58,844 bases of DNA, filler included, from Catajapyx aquilonaris (GCA_000934665.2; 2 parts of 2 records of this genome joined end to end with filler, not necessarily neighbours in it), one strand, 5' to 3'; shown: positions 36,052 to 51,623, numbered from the whole stretch's first letter. Translations and numbers: made by a program. Notes: generated by a model not told the origin, from the sequence alone.

Positions 36052-37264
36052 GAGCGTGGCTTCCACACGTGTTACTGATGAGTGATGAATTCATTCCAAA
36101 TAGAGGCCTACTACAATATGTGCTAAATATGGATCCAAGGGTGCCAATATTATGCCATCAATTATGTATTTCTTGTTTTATGACCAGAAAATACTCCCAT
36201 TACAGTGGGTTGTTTGATACAAAAAGAGAATTTCTACTTGAAAGTGCAATAAAAAAAAGGGATTTGTTACTCTGCACTGCTATCAACATTGTTGTGTGTT
36301 TTTACTCCCTTTTTGTCCTGTCCCGCAGGTATAGAAAATGTATTTTGTGAGTTTATAAACCATGGGGATTCTTGCTAGGATAGACGTCAATTTCCACTGT
36401 CGACATCTCTGCATATTTACAGTCGTGAATAGGTCCCAATCTTTTCTAAAAAGAGGATTATTAATGTTAAGCATTCTCTTGAAAATATCCCTTTATTGGC
36501 TCCATTAGTGATAATTTTTATTGAAGGTGTTCCTAATAATACCGGATAAAAATATGAAACTCTGTTGCTGCCAACCGAGAAATACGGATATTAAAGTTAA
36601 GCAATTTCTTCCAGCATTTTACGGAGCGTTGAAAAAATTTAATTAATTTTTCTGGGAATCCTAGAAATTTTTTGAGGTGCTTACTGCTTTCAAAAAAAAA
36701 ATTATTACAGTAATTCATCAAATAAATGATAGTGGCAGGTTGATTAATATTTTCCATTCACATTTATGTCCATCTTCCTGCCATTCAGTCTCAAGCAAAT
36801 GTGAGTTTAATCGATAAATTCAGATTGTCAACCCGATAAACAAATAGGTATGTTTTTTTAAAAATATATAAAAAAAAGTCCAAAATTGCAATCAGATCGC
36901 GAATCCATGGGCGATACTACCGCCCCCGCACACTACCACAATCATTCAAATTTGGCGAGAAAAAAAAAGGCATAGTGTCCGTATGTTATCATTCGGGCGT
37001 AGATCCGCGATGCTGCTGACTTCGGGACCGTGATTTTGTACCGTACGAAGTGTGCGAGGATGGTACCCTTCTGCTGGCATACCTCTGGAGACGGAGAGAC
37101 TGTCCAGCCATCGTAGGAAAGCCATTCATTAATTTGCAAATCGACGCAGCTGATAACAGATATCCGCGATTGATTTGCAGGACATTGGGTGAGGATCATG
37201 TGATTTTAAGTGATTGGACTTGAATTGAAGGGTTTATTGTCTTTCTTATAGTTAGGAAGACGAG

Positions 37265-39252
<1,988 letters not shown>

Positions 39253-40211
39253 ACAATGGTACCTTTGTCGAATGTGAACAGCCAAAGAGTCTTTTTGTCG
39301 TGTTTTTTCATGGAGCTTTAAGTGGGGGTGTGGTCATGCATTTTTTCTTTTCATATATATTGTAATGTGATGCATGTGTACAGTTTACATTTTCTGAAGC
39401 CTGGGGTAATACTTCTAGACCAAGTTTTAGTTCACCGTTTAAAGTGTGTGACCATACCTTGAAAGCCGTGCACAGCTGTGTGCTATCGTGATTGTTTCCC
39501 CTTGTGACGGTTCACAGTTGCATTGTGTGGAGGGGCCGGGGAACAAATTGATGTGCAAGTGCACAGTCATGCATGTGTACCAAAGTTTTAAAAATTAATG
39601 CATGTCATAATATATTGCATCTATTTTGTGACAGTCCAATGCAGTGTGTGCCTAAATACAAAAGGCGAAAATGATGTTATTAATGTGATTATGCATTGTA
39701 CTTGATTGTTTAAATGTAGACTGATAATATTGACAGAGACCAAAAATGAAAATGAAGTCGGATGATTGTATTTAAAAAAAAAAGCAGATTACTTTCACAA
39801 GACTGTTGAGTCAGGACTGAGGAGAGAGAGAATGAAAATATATATTCTTTGTAGATGTTGAGTCATAATATTCTTGTAAATCGCAATTTATTAATGCCTG
39901 ATTGCGTCCTTTGTGCCATTTGTGAAGAATGAGTTGCATTCTTTGGATCATAAAGCTTCGTTTACAAATATATTGAATGGAAAGTCATTGGTTTTGTTGA
40001 TGTAATTTAAATTTGAAAGAACTATTGGTTGTACCACAATACTCAAAGAGATAAATAAATATGAAACTGTTATTATAAAATAGTGTTGCTGTTCAATGAC
40101 AGTACTAAGCCGAACAGCCTTGTGATCATGCTACGTAACAAGCATGTTTCATAAACTGTTTCCAATAACAACACATGGCATTTACCATAACCTTTTTATT
40201 TTGTTGACACA

Positions 40212-41458
40212 CTACTTTCTCTTATTCCCCTTATTCTTCTGGACCTGATTAGGATTCCTCCGGTTCCAATAGGCCGCATCCCTGGAGGAAAAGGCACCCA
40301 TGAGAGCCGCTTTGGAGTACACATCACGGGTGGCAAACGGAGAGTTTCCAGCCAAGTATTCGTCTGTCATAGCCTCTGTCTTGCCGTCCCACTTCTTCTT
40401 ATGCGGAACCTTGCTCAGCTTCTGATCTGGGTTCAGCAAAGGTTGGTTGGCCCTAGGACCTCCCCGGGGGCGAGGAAGAGGGAAGCGCTTGCCTTTAGCG
40501 GTCAATGGTCGCCGCGATGAAATGTAGATGTTCTGAGTCCCATCTGGATTCAGGGTGACCGACACCCGCTTCAGGGTCTTGTTTCCACATTTAGGACAGA
40601 AAGACAGGGACATGTCCGATGTGGTCTTGTAACAGGAGTAGCAGCGGAGGATGTACGTGCGAGTTTCGGAGATTACAATCCCTTCAACTGAAACCACCTG
40701 TCGAGAAAGGTACATATTACATCAAATTCTCACCCTCCCATTACTTTAAGGTGCGTTTACATGAGTGATTTGACGAGCGAACTCTTCGCCTAGGCTACTA
40801 TTGCGATAATCGATTTTCAGCCTCTGCGCAGATTTCGCTTGTCAAATCATTGACTACATGTAAAAGCACCTTTACTTACCAATAAGCCCATTTGCTTCAG
40901 GACATTCTGCATGGCAAAATCCGTTGTCATGCATGCTACTGATACCATCTCTTCTTGCGGCTCGCATCCCAGCTCTTCCTTAGCCCCCATCAAATTACCA
41001 GGCGTTATCCAACCCTCCTCTCCCTCGGACTCCTCGCTGGCGTCCTCTTCCGCTCCATCCTCAGGCATGAAGAACCCAGGCATACCTTTCCCTCCGCCAC
41101 CAGCCCCACTAGTAAACTCCACCTGCGCTGGACCGCACGGCTCATCCCGCAACCCATCGGCTCCATTCCGCTCCTTATGAATCCCCAAGGTGAGCCCCAA
41201 AACCTTAATATCCGTGGCAGACAGTGTCGGAAAATCCCCAGTCTTCTTAGAGAAGCTGGTCACAAGCTGCACATCCTCCAGACTCGGCTCCTTAACCTTC
41301 AGCTCATAAGGCAACACCTGTAATCGAGCCAAAGTCGCCCTGTCCTTAATCTCCGACACCACTTCATCAACCGTGTAGACCGATTCGCCCCATTCGTGTA
41401 TGGCCGCATTGCGGAGAAGCGCCCCCGAGTCAATCACAAGATGCTGCACACGCTTCAT
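40212..41458 (-). CDS. NOB1: RNA-binding protein NOB1 (PIN endonuclease plus zinc ribbon, 18S rRNA maturation)
   Basis: Exons 41458-40880 and 40697-40212 (354 aa). PIN motifs LVIDSGALL, LSATDIKVL, ACMTTDFAMQNVL; zinc ribbon LRCYSC...FCPKCGNKTL. Confidence 0.95.
40749..40871. mobile_element. Harbinger-like MITE in the NOB1 intron
   Basis: tta|aggtgcgtttacatg ... catgtaaaagcacct|tta. Confidence 0.8.
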
Positions 41459-43307
41459 TATCTCTGGTAATTAATAAAACAATTAGTTTTCACCACGTGC
41501 CCAACTTATGTTAGCCCAGTGACTATCTTATAACAATCACATCGCTGGCTTAACAACATACATTACCCGCTATATTTATTAAGCTGCGATCGTGCTATAC
41601 CAGCTGTCCTTACAAGTAGCCGTTACTTTTGTAGACTGCATCAAACATGGCCGCCTTTTTTTCTACCTGATCAATTTGAGCGCCATCTGTGCGTGGGAAT
41701 TGGTGACGTCGTCTCTTGTTTTATTTCTTCTGTTGTCAGAAGCAAGATGGAGGGAACGGAGAGTGGAGCCGACTGTTCCATTTAGGGCAGAAGGTTGGCC
41801 CCGATCCCATCCTGTTGACTCACTTTGCAAGTTTCAAGCGCACCTCTCGGCCGATTCGTCGCCTCGTCTACAAGGGTCGCTACACGGCAGAGTTTTTTTG
41901 GAACGTTACAAGTACACACATCGGTGAGCGGTCATACCCACTGTCGTACAGTTAGCTACACATTCCATGCACTGCCATGTAGTACATGTGCTGGCAGGAT
42001 AAGTGATGACCTCATATTACGCGGTATTGTGGGAGGAAACGAAACCGCGAAAATGTTTGGCGTCCGGTATTGTGACTGAATATACTTGGAATTGCATACT
42101 TGGCACCGTTTGCTGGTGTGCCGTAACAGTGACCTCGCCAGATGGAAAGGAGGGATGCAAGGAATAATTGTTGCGCTTGTTTTAAAGAGTGGAATAATTT
42201 TGATGCAGGCTGAACAGATCTGGGTTAGTGTCACTCGAATGTGCTACATATCACAGATTGGCGTTCAATGTAGTACTGAAGCTCTTTTCAGTCACTATCC
42301 ATCTCTTTGGGCTATGGAATTTATGGTGGTTCCCTATAAGAGCTCCATTCTCTCCAATGCAATGGGGTAACTTTAAAAAATAATAATAAGAAAATAACCA
42401 TCAATCTCTTTGGGTTTGATAAAAAGATAAAACCAAAGTCACTTCCTTGAGGAGTGTGCACTTGACAGTTCTAAAAGTGTAGTGTGCATTTATCTTCATC
42501 GGTGTCTGCTTGGAAGAGGTGTAATATTAATAGAGATTGTGCAAGGCGTGATCACTCTCTGTTGGGGAAGCAGGATAAGCCTGTGTCAGATGTTACGTTT
42601 GATTCTCATAAATCGGCATTCAAGTCTTAAGTTGTGGACAAATAGGAACCAGGAAGAGATAATTGCAAGGAGGATTGATTATTCCACAGGCAGAGTGTAA
42701 CTACTTTCTTTTACATAGCTATTCAGTAGTTATTCCAAGTGTTAGGCTACTATTGCTATCATTTCTAATTTTATGCACATGATTAACATTATCAGAGAAT
42801 TAAGTTCAGCAACCCATTCACATGATTTGTTGCATTTTTGGACTTTTTAAAAGTTGTTTACAAATGTTTATGAAGAATCAACCAGCCTTTCATTCCATTG
42901 ATCCCGTCACAAGTAGCCACACCCAACTACTGGCGTGATCTGACAGTGAGTTCCATGCCCATGGTTTATTCAACATGGCTATTAAGTGCCCACTGATTCT
43001 GTGTGGCCTATATGATTCCTGTGTAGGACTTAATGTCGTTTTGGAGATCCAACCTTTATCGGCCTGCCAGGACGCAGGGCTGGAATGTGATATCAAATCA
43101 CACAGACTCTTTCATCCTGCTCTACTGTTCAAACCAGGTTTACGACCCTGATAACAAAAGCAAATTTTTTACCTCTCAGGTATTTTGTAATTGTTGTCAG
43201 GTGGTAACGAGACATCCTGTTCAGGTTGGCATGCCTTCATACACTTTGTCTTTTATTTTGACAGGATGATGGGGACTTGATGTTACAAAGAAATCAACAC
43301 GATATTA

Positions 43308-44708
43308 ATGGAAGTAATGCGAGAAGTAATGAGGTCTTTGGATAACAGCAACGACATGAATAGCAAGGAGAGGATTGAGTTCACAGGAGGTGCTGTGAGG
43401 CCTAAGAGGAAGAATGAAGGAAACAGTGCAAGGAGGGATGAAGAAGGAGAAGAAGAAGAAGGAAGGAAGGGGGCAGGAGACCAGAGCCAGGATGGGGATG
43501 AGTCCATTGAGGTCATTTTAGAACAGATCGAGGAGATGAACACTCACCATGAAGACTCTTGGTGAGAACCATTTGTGAATAATTCCCTCATTGTTTCAAA
43601 TCAGAGTGTAATGGTGATAAGATCTGCAGATTTGTGTTAAGTAATGTCAGTTCAGTTTTTTGTAGTGGTGCACAGGGCACAATGGAATTGGGAATTGACC
43701 AATGAAAACGTGATTGGTCGCATCACAGTAGTGTGAAATTTCACAATTTTTTCTAGCAAACATAATTAGATTATGGATCACGTTTCTTTCGCACAGACTA
43801 CAGTGGAACCTCGTACTTCGAACACCCCTAACTTTGTACTTCGAACAATTCAGAATTCGAATGGCCTCCTGGAACGAATTAAATTCGAAGTACAAGGCAC
43901 CACTGTAGTTGCTTTTGCATAGCATAATTATAGCATATAGGTTCCAATCTCTCTGGCCCTCAAGTGTTACTTTGAATTCAGTCACATGACGGAGAACATA
44001 AAGCTTGTTCCTTGCATTGCAGGTTATTTACCCCAACAAGTCCCATGCAGAAAGGAGGCAAAGTTGAAGACTTGTACCAGTGGCTCTACAAGGACTTCAA
44101 CGATCCACAAAATGTGGAACTTTCCCAGACCAAAAATGCTCTAGTGAACAAGCTTGACAGCCTAAGTAAGATATGTCTCTCCCTCAATTGGATGCACTTA
44201 AGCATGACTACTATCGTGAAACTTAATGTAGACTCCTGCATTTAGCAGGATACAGGATCAAGAGTTTTGTAGATAAAAATTTCAGCACTGAAAAATAATT
44301 ATTATATGAGATGTAACGTTCTTTACTGTGACCACGTTTCCTTCATTTGATTTTGGTAGATGATCCTCTGGACGACGACTCTTTTACTGCAGTGCCCTCT
44401 TTCGACGTGGACGCCTTTTGTTCGCCACCAGATCTTAGGCGGAAGTGGGAGCCAGTGTTGGAAGCATGGGACGATCAAAGTGGTCCATCGAAAGCAAGTT
44501 CTCCTAGGAGACTTGATGCTACTGTAATTGTTGCACCTAGCAGCGCACAGGAAAGGAGACTTGATGCTACTGTACTGGTTGCACCTAGCAGCGCACAGGA
44601 AAGGAGGTTTGAAGGTGCTCCTGCGGCACCAGGCAATAGGCCTCGAGGAATTCCACAACTCAGATCTGCATTTGGTAGGGCATGCTTCTATTTGTTGAGG
44701 GTTACAGA

Positions 44709-44782
<74 letters not shown>

Positions 44783-46873
44783 GGTTCAGCTTGGTTTGTT
44801 TGATTTGATTGTTATTATTTGGTTTTTGACCATTCATTTTCCGTATTTATTGATTTCTGTCTATTTTATTTGTGCAGGAGAAGATTTTGAGGGTGTCCAG
44901 GGAATCGAGAGACTTGATGTAGATCAGGATGGTATTTCAACCACAAGTAAGGTTCTTATTTTTATTATTTGATTATCATGCAGTTGATTACATACTTTAT
45001 TGAATGGTGTGGTTTTTTAAGTGGCAGGTATGGAAATGTCACTTGCACCCTTTCCCATGCACATGAATTATTTTTAAAATTATTTTAATAATTGCAGGCT
45101 TTCGCAAGGCGATTGACACCAGGACATTCACTCGCCCGAAACGTAGTAAGCCGCCCATGCTCAACACTCTGGTAGACCCTGCAGGATATTATTCAGGCCA
45201 GCCTCATAAGCAACTTTTGGACCAACCTTTTGACCAATCCCCTCCCTCTGATACAAATTCCTTCTCACCTCCTCAACCCACTCCACCACTTCAGAGCCCA
45301 CCTGCCTTGCTTGTGGACCTGAATACCACCTTCGACGTGCAAGCTGCCACCTCTCAGACCCCTCCAAAAGCAAATTATGGCTTCAACGACACGTTTGGCA
45401 TTGACCAATCTCCTGGGTTTTCGTATGCTGGGCAAGTCACAGTCAAGAAGAGAGTGCAGTCACCCACCAACCAGGTGACGTCATCACCCTCTCGCAGTGC
45501 AATGCACTCACCACCCAAGCAAGGTGGCCCAGTTCTTCGCAAGTTGAGCTACACCTTGGACCGTCCCATGTTGGCCTCTGAGAATTCGGAGGAGGACAGG
45601 TTGAGCAGTGCATCTGACAGTAGCTTCTCACACCGCCTTGTGGACATGGATGATGTCCAGACTGCAGCCCGGATACAAGAGGAGAGCCTGAAGGAAGAGG
45701 GGAAGAGTTCAACACCTCAAATGCAGGGGACTGGAAGCGCCAGGCTAGATGCTGGGTTCTCCCCCATAATATCTGGCCAAGGAGGCAGTCCAGGGGCAAC
45801 TTCAGGGTATTCCAGTCCAGCTGACGAAGCAACCCCATATGGGTCACAGGAGGAGCTGGAACTTGGCAGAATAAACCCCAGGCAAGGGCTGGTAAGGAGG
45901 ACTGGCTTGGCCTTGCCTGTGGCTGGTGGCAATGCAGCGGCTGTTAAAGGTCAGGTGAATTCAGTGGAGCGTTGTTGCCTTGATAATGGGAAGGTTTTGT
46001 GCATTAGATACATTCTAGCCAAACTGAATTGGATCTCACTTTGTTTTCTCTTCCATCCCATGATTCAGGCGTAGAACGCATACTGTAAATTGCAAAACAA
46101 TCCTAAGGACGGCATTTTTGTACTCATTATAATTTGCAACTCCTGACGTATACACTAGGTGGAATCCACAAGAGCATGCCCAACTTGGCATCCAGACTCC
46201 CCAATGGCTTCCAACCTCACCTACAGTCACAACGTCAAGGACAACCTTCTTACACCAATGGATTGCGCCTGAAATCCCATGTTAGTGATTCAAAACTTCC
46301 TAACCCTACATCTGGAGGGACTCAGTTGCCCAGGAGAGGGTTACAGCCACCTAGGGTGTACTCAGCAGTCCCCAGTGGATCTAGAGGTGGCCCAGGGTCA
46401 GGGATTTCAAGGATGGGCTATGCAGGAGCTGCAGGAGAGGCTGTGCCGCAGAGGAGGGCCATGTCAGCGCAGCCCCCACTGAGTAGACCAGCCTTAACAG
46501 TTACCCAGGGGCAGAGCCATCAAGGGAGTGCACCTCAGAAGCAGATAGGACAGGGAGCAGCATCTCGTACAGGTGGAGGCATCCCCAGGCCCCCATCAAA
46601 ACTGCCAGCTCCTAGGGGAAGGTAGGCATAAGCATGAAATCTCAGTAGTCTTTCCCCATGAGGATGACGTATTCCATATACGAGTGACATTTATTATGTT
46701 GTGAGCTTGTATTCTAAGGTTATTTTCAGAAATATGTAAATAATAATCATAATATTTGTGGTGGTAATGTCAATTTTATTTTCAGGTCTGGACTACCAAT
46801 GCCTGGAAACCGGACCGTGAACTATGGCAGGTCGAAACCTGCCCATAATAACTGGATGGATGGATGTTATTAA
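43308..46873 (+). CDS. SLAIN: SLAIN motif-containing microtubule plus-end tracking protein
   Basis: Exons 43308-43561, 44023-44165, 44360-44674, 44878-44946, 45098-45949, 46159-46621, 46786-46873 (727 aa). SLAIN-like blocks EDSWLF...ALVNKLDSL, DDVQTAARIQEESLK and KSMPNL, several SxLP motifs, and C-terminal WMDGCY. The start codon is less certain; non-coding 5' exons probably begin near 41700. Confidence 0.82.
43801..43905. mobile_element. Tigger-like mini-MITE
   Basis: ta|cagtggaacctcgtacttcgaa ... ttcgaagtacaaggcaccactg|ta; related ends occur at about 14500-14567 and 16790-16826. Confidence 0.75.
44709..44781. repeat. (tta)n microsatellite in a SLAIN intron
   Basis: Pure trinucleotide run. 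Confidence 0.95.
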
Positions 46874-48010
46874 TTATTAATATTGTATTACGAAGATGTT
46901 TGTTCTCCCCTATAGCGCAAAGTGCCTGTAGAAATCATAATAATATAGAGAAAACCAAAAGTGCCTACAACTACAATAAGACACCGTAAGTACACTAAAC
47001 ATCAATTTTAAAATATTATCTTATTAAATTATGTATGGCTGTGTTTTCTTTAACTATTATTATTGATCTTGCGTTAATTTTTTGTCCAATCATTAATAAT
47101 CTTACACGAATGAGCATGTAGGGGCTCATTTGTGTGAGTAAGATTTTTTGTGCCAAGTGGGACATTCTGGTGGCATAACATATCATTTGTTAATGGCATA
47201 CTACTTTTTTGCGTTGACGTTGTGAAATTTGATTAATTAATTGTATGTTCATCAAATTTAATTTAATTTAACTCTACTGGAAAAATATATGTACAACATA
47301 TTTTTCCGGTAGAGTTTAATAGGCAATTTTGTAATGGAGCTTATTTATTTAGTGCAATAGCATTTAGAAAACTTCATTCCACGTGAAATTGACTGAAGGG
47401 AATAAAATTATATTAGATGCATGCATCAAAAGAGTGTAAGTTAAATTAACTGGAGGATTTGAGTCATGGGTGACACACATTCAGGACATTATGGCAGGGA
47501 TAGAAATGGATATATTCATGCAATTTCAGGAAGTTGAAGTAAATTAATTGCTGGTAATATCAATGAATTTTTGCATCATGTACACTCAGCAAGTCAGGGG
47601 TTAAATCGTGCACCAATAGGCAGAGTAGATATTTCAATCAGATTGGATCACATGGAGTAGATGAACGGTTGAAGCTTACATTTAACCAGTGAAGAATTTG
47701 TTGTTTCATACAAAATCATTAAATAATTGAAATGTGATATAAAGGTGTTCCTGCCATCCAGCGCAATGTACATGCTGAGAAAAGTGCCAGTTTTAGCTTT
47801 TACTACGACTAGAATCAATCTATGCAGCCATGGTTTAACACCTTTACATACTTAATGCAATAGGCTTACATCATTCTAGTTCTCAGGTACAGGATTGGTT
47901 GGGGGAGCCAAAGCAACTAAGGCTATTTGGCATAAGGAAGGGTGAGAGGAGGAAGAGAGATTTTTGTTATGCAGGAGAAAACTTATGCAAACATGGAGAG
48001 AACCTAGGTT

Positions 48011-48077
48011 AGAGGACACTTTCGCAAGAAAAGAGTTTTGATGGGATCAAAACTCTTTTCTTGCGAAAGTGCCCTCT
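48011..48077. repeat. 32-bp-stem hairpin with 3-nt loop
   Basis: agaggacactttcgcaagaaaagagttttgat-ggg-atcaaaactcttttcttgcgaaagtgccctct, one mismatch. Confidence 0.9.
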
Positions 48078-49269
48078 GTCTGACCCGGGGATTGAATCGC
48101 TGAGGGGAAAGGCTGGGCTTAATGTAGCATCAAGCCACCTACGAAAATCATTGCACTCACATTTTAGAGGCAAATCACTCACTTTCTGTACAGTACAGCA
48201 GTAACTTGCATACTACTGTACTAGGCTTACACATTCAAGTGATTTACATCTCATGCACATTTTAGTCTCTCTCAATCACTTCTAACAGCATTGAATAATT
48301 CACTAATTACCACACCCTAGTTTGGTGACTCCAACTCCTGATATGCAATTTTCTGGCATCACAATAAAAACATGAATTGCTACTGTACTTTTAGAACTGC
48401 CGCTAGCCCTCAGTCAATTTCTTGTGGAATTGTAATGAGTTTAACCCGCAGTATCAGATATTTGGTTCAAAGTTGAGTGCAACTGCATTGTTGTAATTAA
48501 GATTAGTCAGCATTTTGAAGTAAATAATTACGGACAGTTAAGCAGACTTCTCTGTCTTTGGAATAGCCAAAATATGCCGAGTGCAAAAAGAGGACGTTAC
48601 AAGTGATGCTCAAAGGAAAAGCGCATTTGCCATCCAAAAATAAAAACAATCTCAAAAGTCAAGCTTTATCCGGTAATGTATATTTTTGGAAATTAAGGAA
48701 ATAATTTACTGGCACAATTGATTGTCATGTTATTGTGTTCATATTATTTTACGTGAACCTTTTCTTTGATGATTTTTTGGGTGGAATGCAAGTGGGTTAA
48801 AAATTGTTACCTTGAATTCTACCCTTTATCCCCAGTTGTTTACCGTTGCAAATATTTATATCGAGCTTCATGCAACACCTGTGATATAATGAGCGCTTTT
48901 TTTGTACCACACCTTTATTGGTGGCTTGTAATAGCAAACTACTTGCAATGTTTCATGCAGTTTCACTTTCAGTAATTTTTTTTAGACTGGTTTTTAGATC
49001 TACGTACACACTGTGCATTATGCATTCTGATGTGCTCAAGTGAACTTGCAGCCCTAAAAAAATGCCATTCAAAGACAAAATGCATTTCTGTTATTGTATA
49101 GTTTGCATCAACATGCGCTGCATGGGTTTATGTAACTCTTTCTAAATTGCTATCACAAGTGTAACATAACACAGAGTGAATAAAAACAACCTTGGACCAA
49201 GTTTGCTAAGTTATCAGAGGAAACCTGCCTTTTTTTGCTGTGTAATTACTGCCCCACATGTACCTTACA

Positions 49270-49585
49270 CAATAGGTGAATTCGTTTATGGCTGAGTGTA
49301 GCACTGGAGTGTAGCTCTAGCGCAGCCTGGTCACGTGTGTGAAACGTCACAGTGGAAGAGGAGCTACACCCACTGCTACACCACTTGCACCCTCCCGAAC
49401 GAGCGTGCAGGCCAGAGCTACACTCGCGCTACACCCGACCCTTGCACTGGGATAAACGAATGCAGTGCTACGCCAAGCCCCGCCCCTTTAGAGCAGGTTC
49501 GTCATAAACGAATGCAGAACTCTCGCTGGAGCTACACTATTGCTACACTATTGCTACACTCAGCCATAAACGAATTCACCTATTG
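49270..49585. mobile_element. MITE with ~34-bp TIR and internal gctacac repeats
   Basis: caataggtgaattcgtttatggctgagtgtagca ... tgctacactcagccataaacgaattcacctattg. Confidence 0.85.
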
Positions 49586-49850
49586 TCTTTCCAGGTTATT
49601 GCAACAGGTTCGTAGTTACGGATAATGAAGTCCCATGTTGCTGTTTGGAGTGCTCAACATTATTTTGATTGCAGCAAGAGGATGTCACGCTTGGAGTTGT
49701 ATGATCGTGATAACACAACTTCAATTACTGCCTAATTATATGGTGTTAGCACTAATGTAATAAACCCAAATTAGTATAACTGCACTAATATAATGTAAAA
49801 TATAACTAATATATTTCAATCTGATGTATTCTGTTATGCTGTTACTCATG

Positions 49851-50072
49851 CTGCTTAGTAATAAGCAGCTTAATGTGAAAATGATAGCATAAAATATAAC
49901 TAAGCTTAATATAATTCAACCTGTAAGCTGCTATTCATAAATGTAACTGCTTAGTAATAAGCAGCTTAATGTAAAAACGATAGTGCAAAATATAACTAAT
50001 ATAATTCAACCAGTAAGCTGCTATTTATAAATGTAACTGCTTAGTAAATACGCAGCTTAATGTGAAAATGCT
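49851..50072. repeat. AT-rich tandem repeat, ~90-96-bp unit, about 2.4 copies
   Basis: ctgcttagtaa...gcagcttaatgt recurs at 49851, 49947 and 50037. Confidence 0.8.
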
Positions 50073-51623
50073 TAATTAAGGCTTAGCATGTTGAGCTCAT
50101 GACATGTTGATTTTGAAAATTCCCGGCGCGACATCAGAGTCATCTGTCGGCTGCGTCGCGCAATAAAAAACCGGACAATGGTGACCCAGACGCATGCGCC
50201 CTTGGCCATGACGCCTTCTTAGCCTCTTCCCGCGTTGTCCCATCGGACTGGAAAATTAACCAAACAGACGCTACCCACTTTGATTCCGTCTAATTACGGA
50301 TCTACGGATCGCACCATGCTGCAATTGCCAAACAAAAAACCGGTTGGAACCTGGTTGGAACTCACCCACCAGGCCACCCTTAGCAATTAACTGCTACCAA
50401 CAAACAGCAGCTAGGAAAGTAGCCGCTTACTTCCATATCTGCTCGATTGCGCCATGTTCCAACCATTCCGCTGTGTCAACGCATCCACACAAGGCTTCAA
50501 AAACATGTTTTTAATTAGTAAATGGCAATTTGTCGTTGCTAACAAGTGGCAGTGTTTGGGCAGTGTGCATCCGAATGGCGCGTGACTCCGATGGTGCGGC
50601 TATGGCTACAACAGCCGCTATGCTAATTGCAGCTTTGTTCCCGCCTTCCCCCCCTTCCCACCACCCCACCCAGCTTCACCACCACCCCCCTCTTTTTCCA
50701 TTCTTTGGCTGTCCGGCATTTCGTCCAGACGTGTTGTTGTTGTCCAGGTTCCATTCCGACCCTCGCTGTTGCGCCATCAAGCGTCTGACACCCGTCGTCG
50801 TGGTCGTCGTTGGTAGAGGTTGTTTTGAGGGAAAGGTGAGGCAGCACAAGGGGCAGGTTATCGACTCGGCACGGTGTGCGGGGGAGGCTGGCTGGCTGGC
50901 TGGCTGGGGGTTTGATGGATGGGGTGCAAGGCGGGAGGGGAGAGGGAGGAAGGGAGGGATTGACCCGGCTGCCCGGGTGGAAAATGGGGGCTCCTTAACC
51001 ATAGCACTCCTGGGATGGGATTGAGACAAAGGAAGGCCTAGCCCCCAACAGGAAAAAGAGCTGTTTTAGTCTTGCTGTTGCAAAGGGAACATTTTTTGGG
51101 GGGGAAAATGTGGGGGGCTATTGAAATGCAATGGTGACAGACAATGGAGCAGAGCCTGGTGTCATAATATTCATGACATCGAGGCACATTCGAGAGTGCT
51201 GGTCTTGCATACCAGTCGTGTGCAGCAGTTGGCATATCCGGATATGTAAGACAGAAAGTCCCCGGTTTACAATCAACTTAGGATAATCAGTATTTACAAA
51301 CACCGCAGGGATCGAAATGTTTTCGGATGCAAAGGTGCAATTTGCACTCCAAAATTGTCATCGGCACTCCAAACTGAGCCTTGGAAGGCAAAGTTTGAAC
51401 TCCAATTGGCTCTGCTTTTAAACATGGCTATAACCATTAATTAAAAATTAAAGTATGAAGTGCAAACTTTGCATCTGGACAAAAGTGTTAAAATTCGACC
51501 CCTGAAACGGGCTCATGAGGGTCCCTCTAAGAATAATTTATAATTATCCTGTCACTTGCAATCACTTCTGCAGACACTAACATGTAAGCTCCAAATGCTG
51601 TATAATTAATAATTGGGAAACTA

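Noticed and set aside
50530..51029. 164-aa and 117-aa ORFs upstream of HP1
   Set aside because: GC-rich promoter/UTR sequence with low-complexity translation and no domain.
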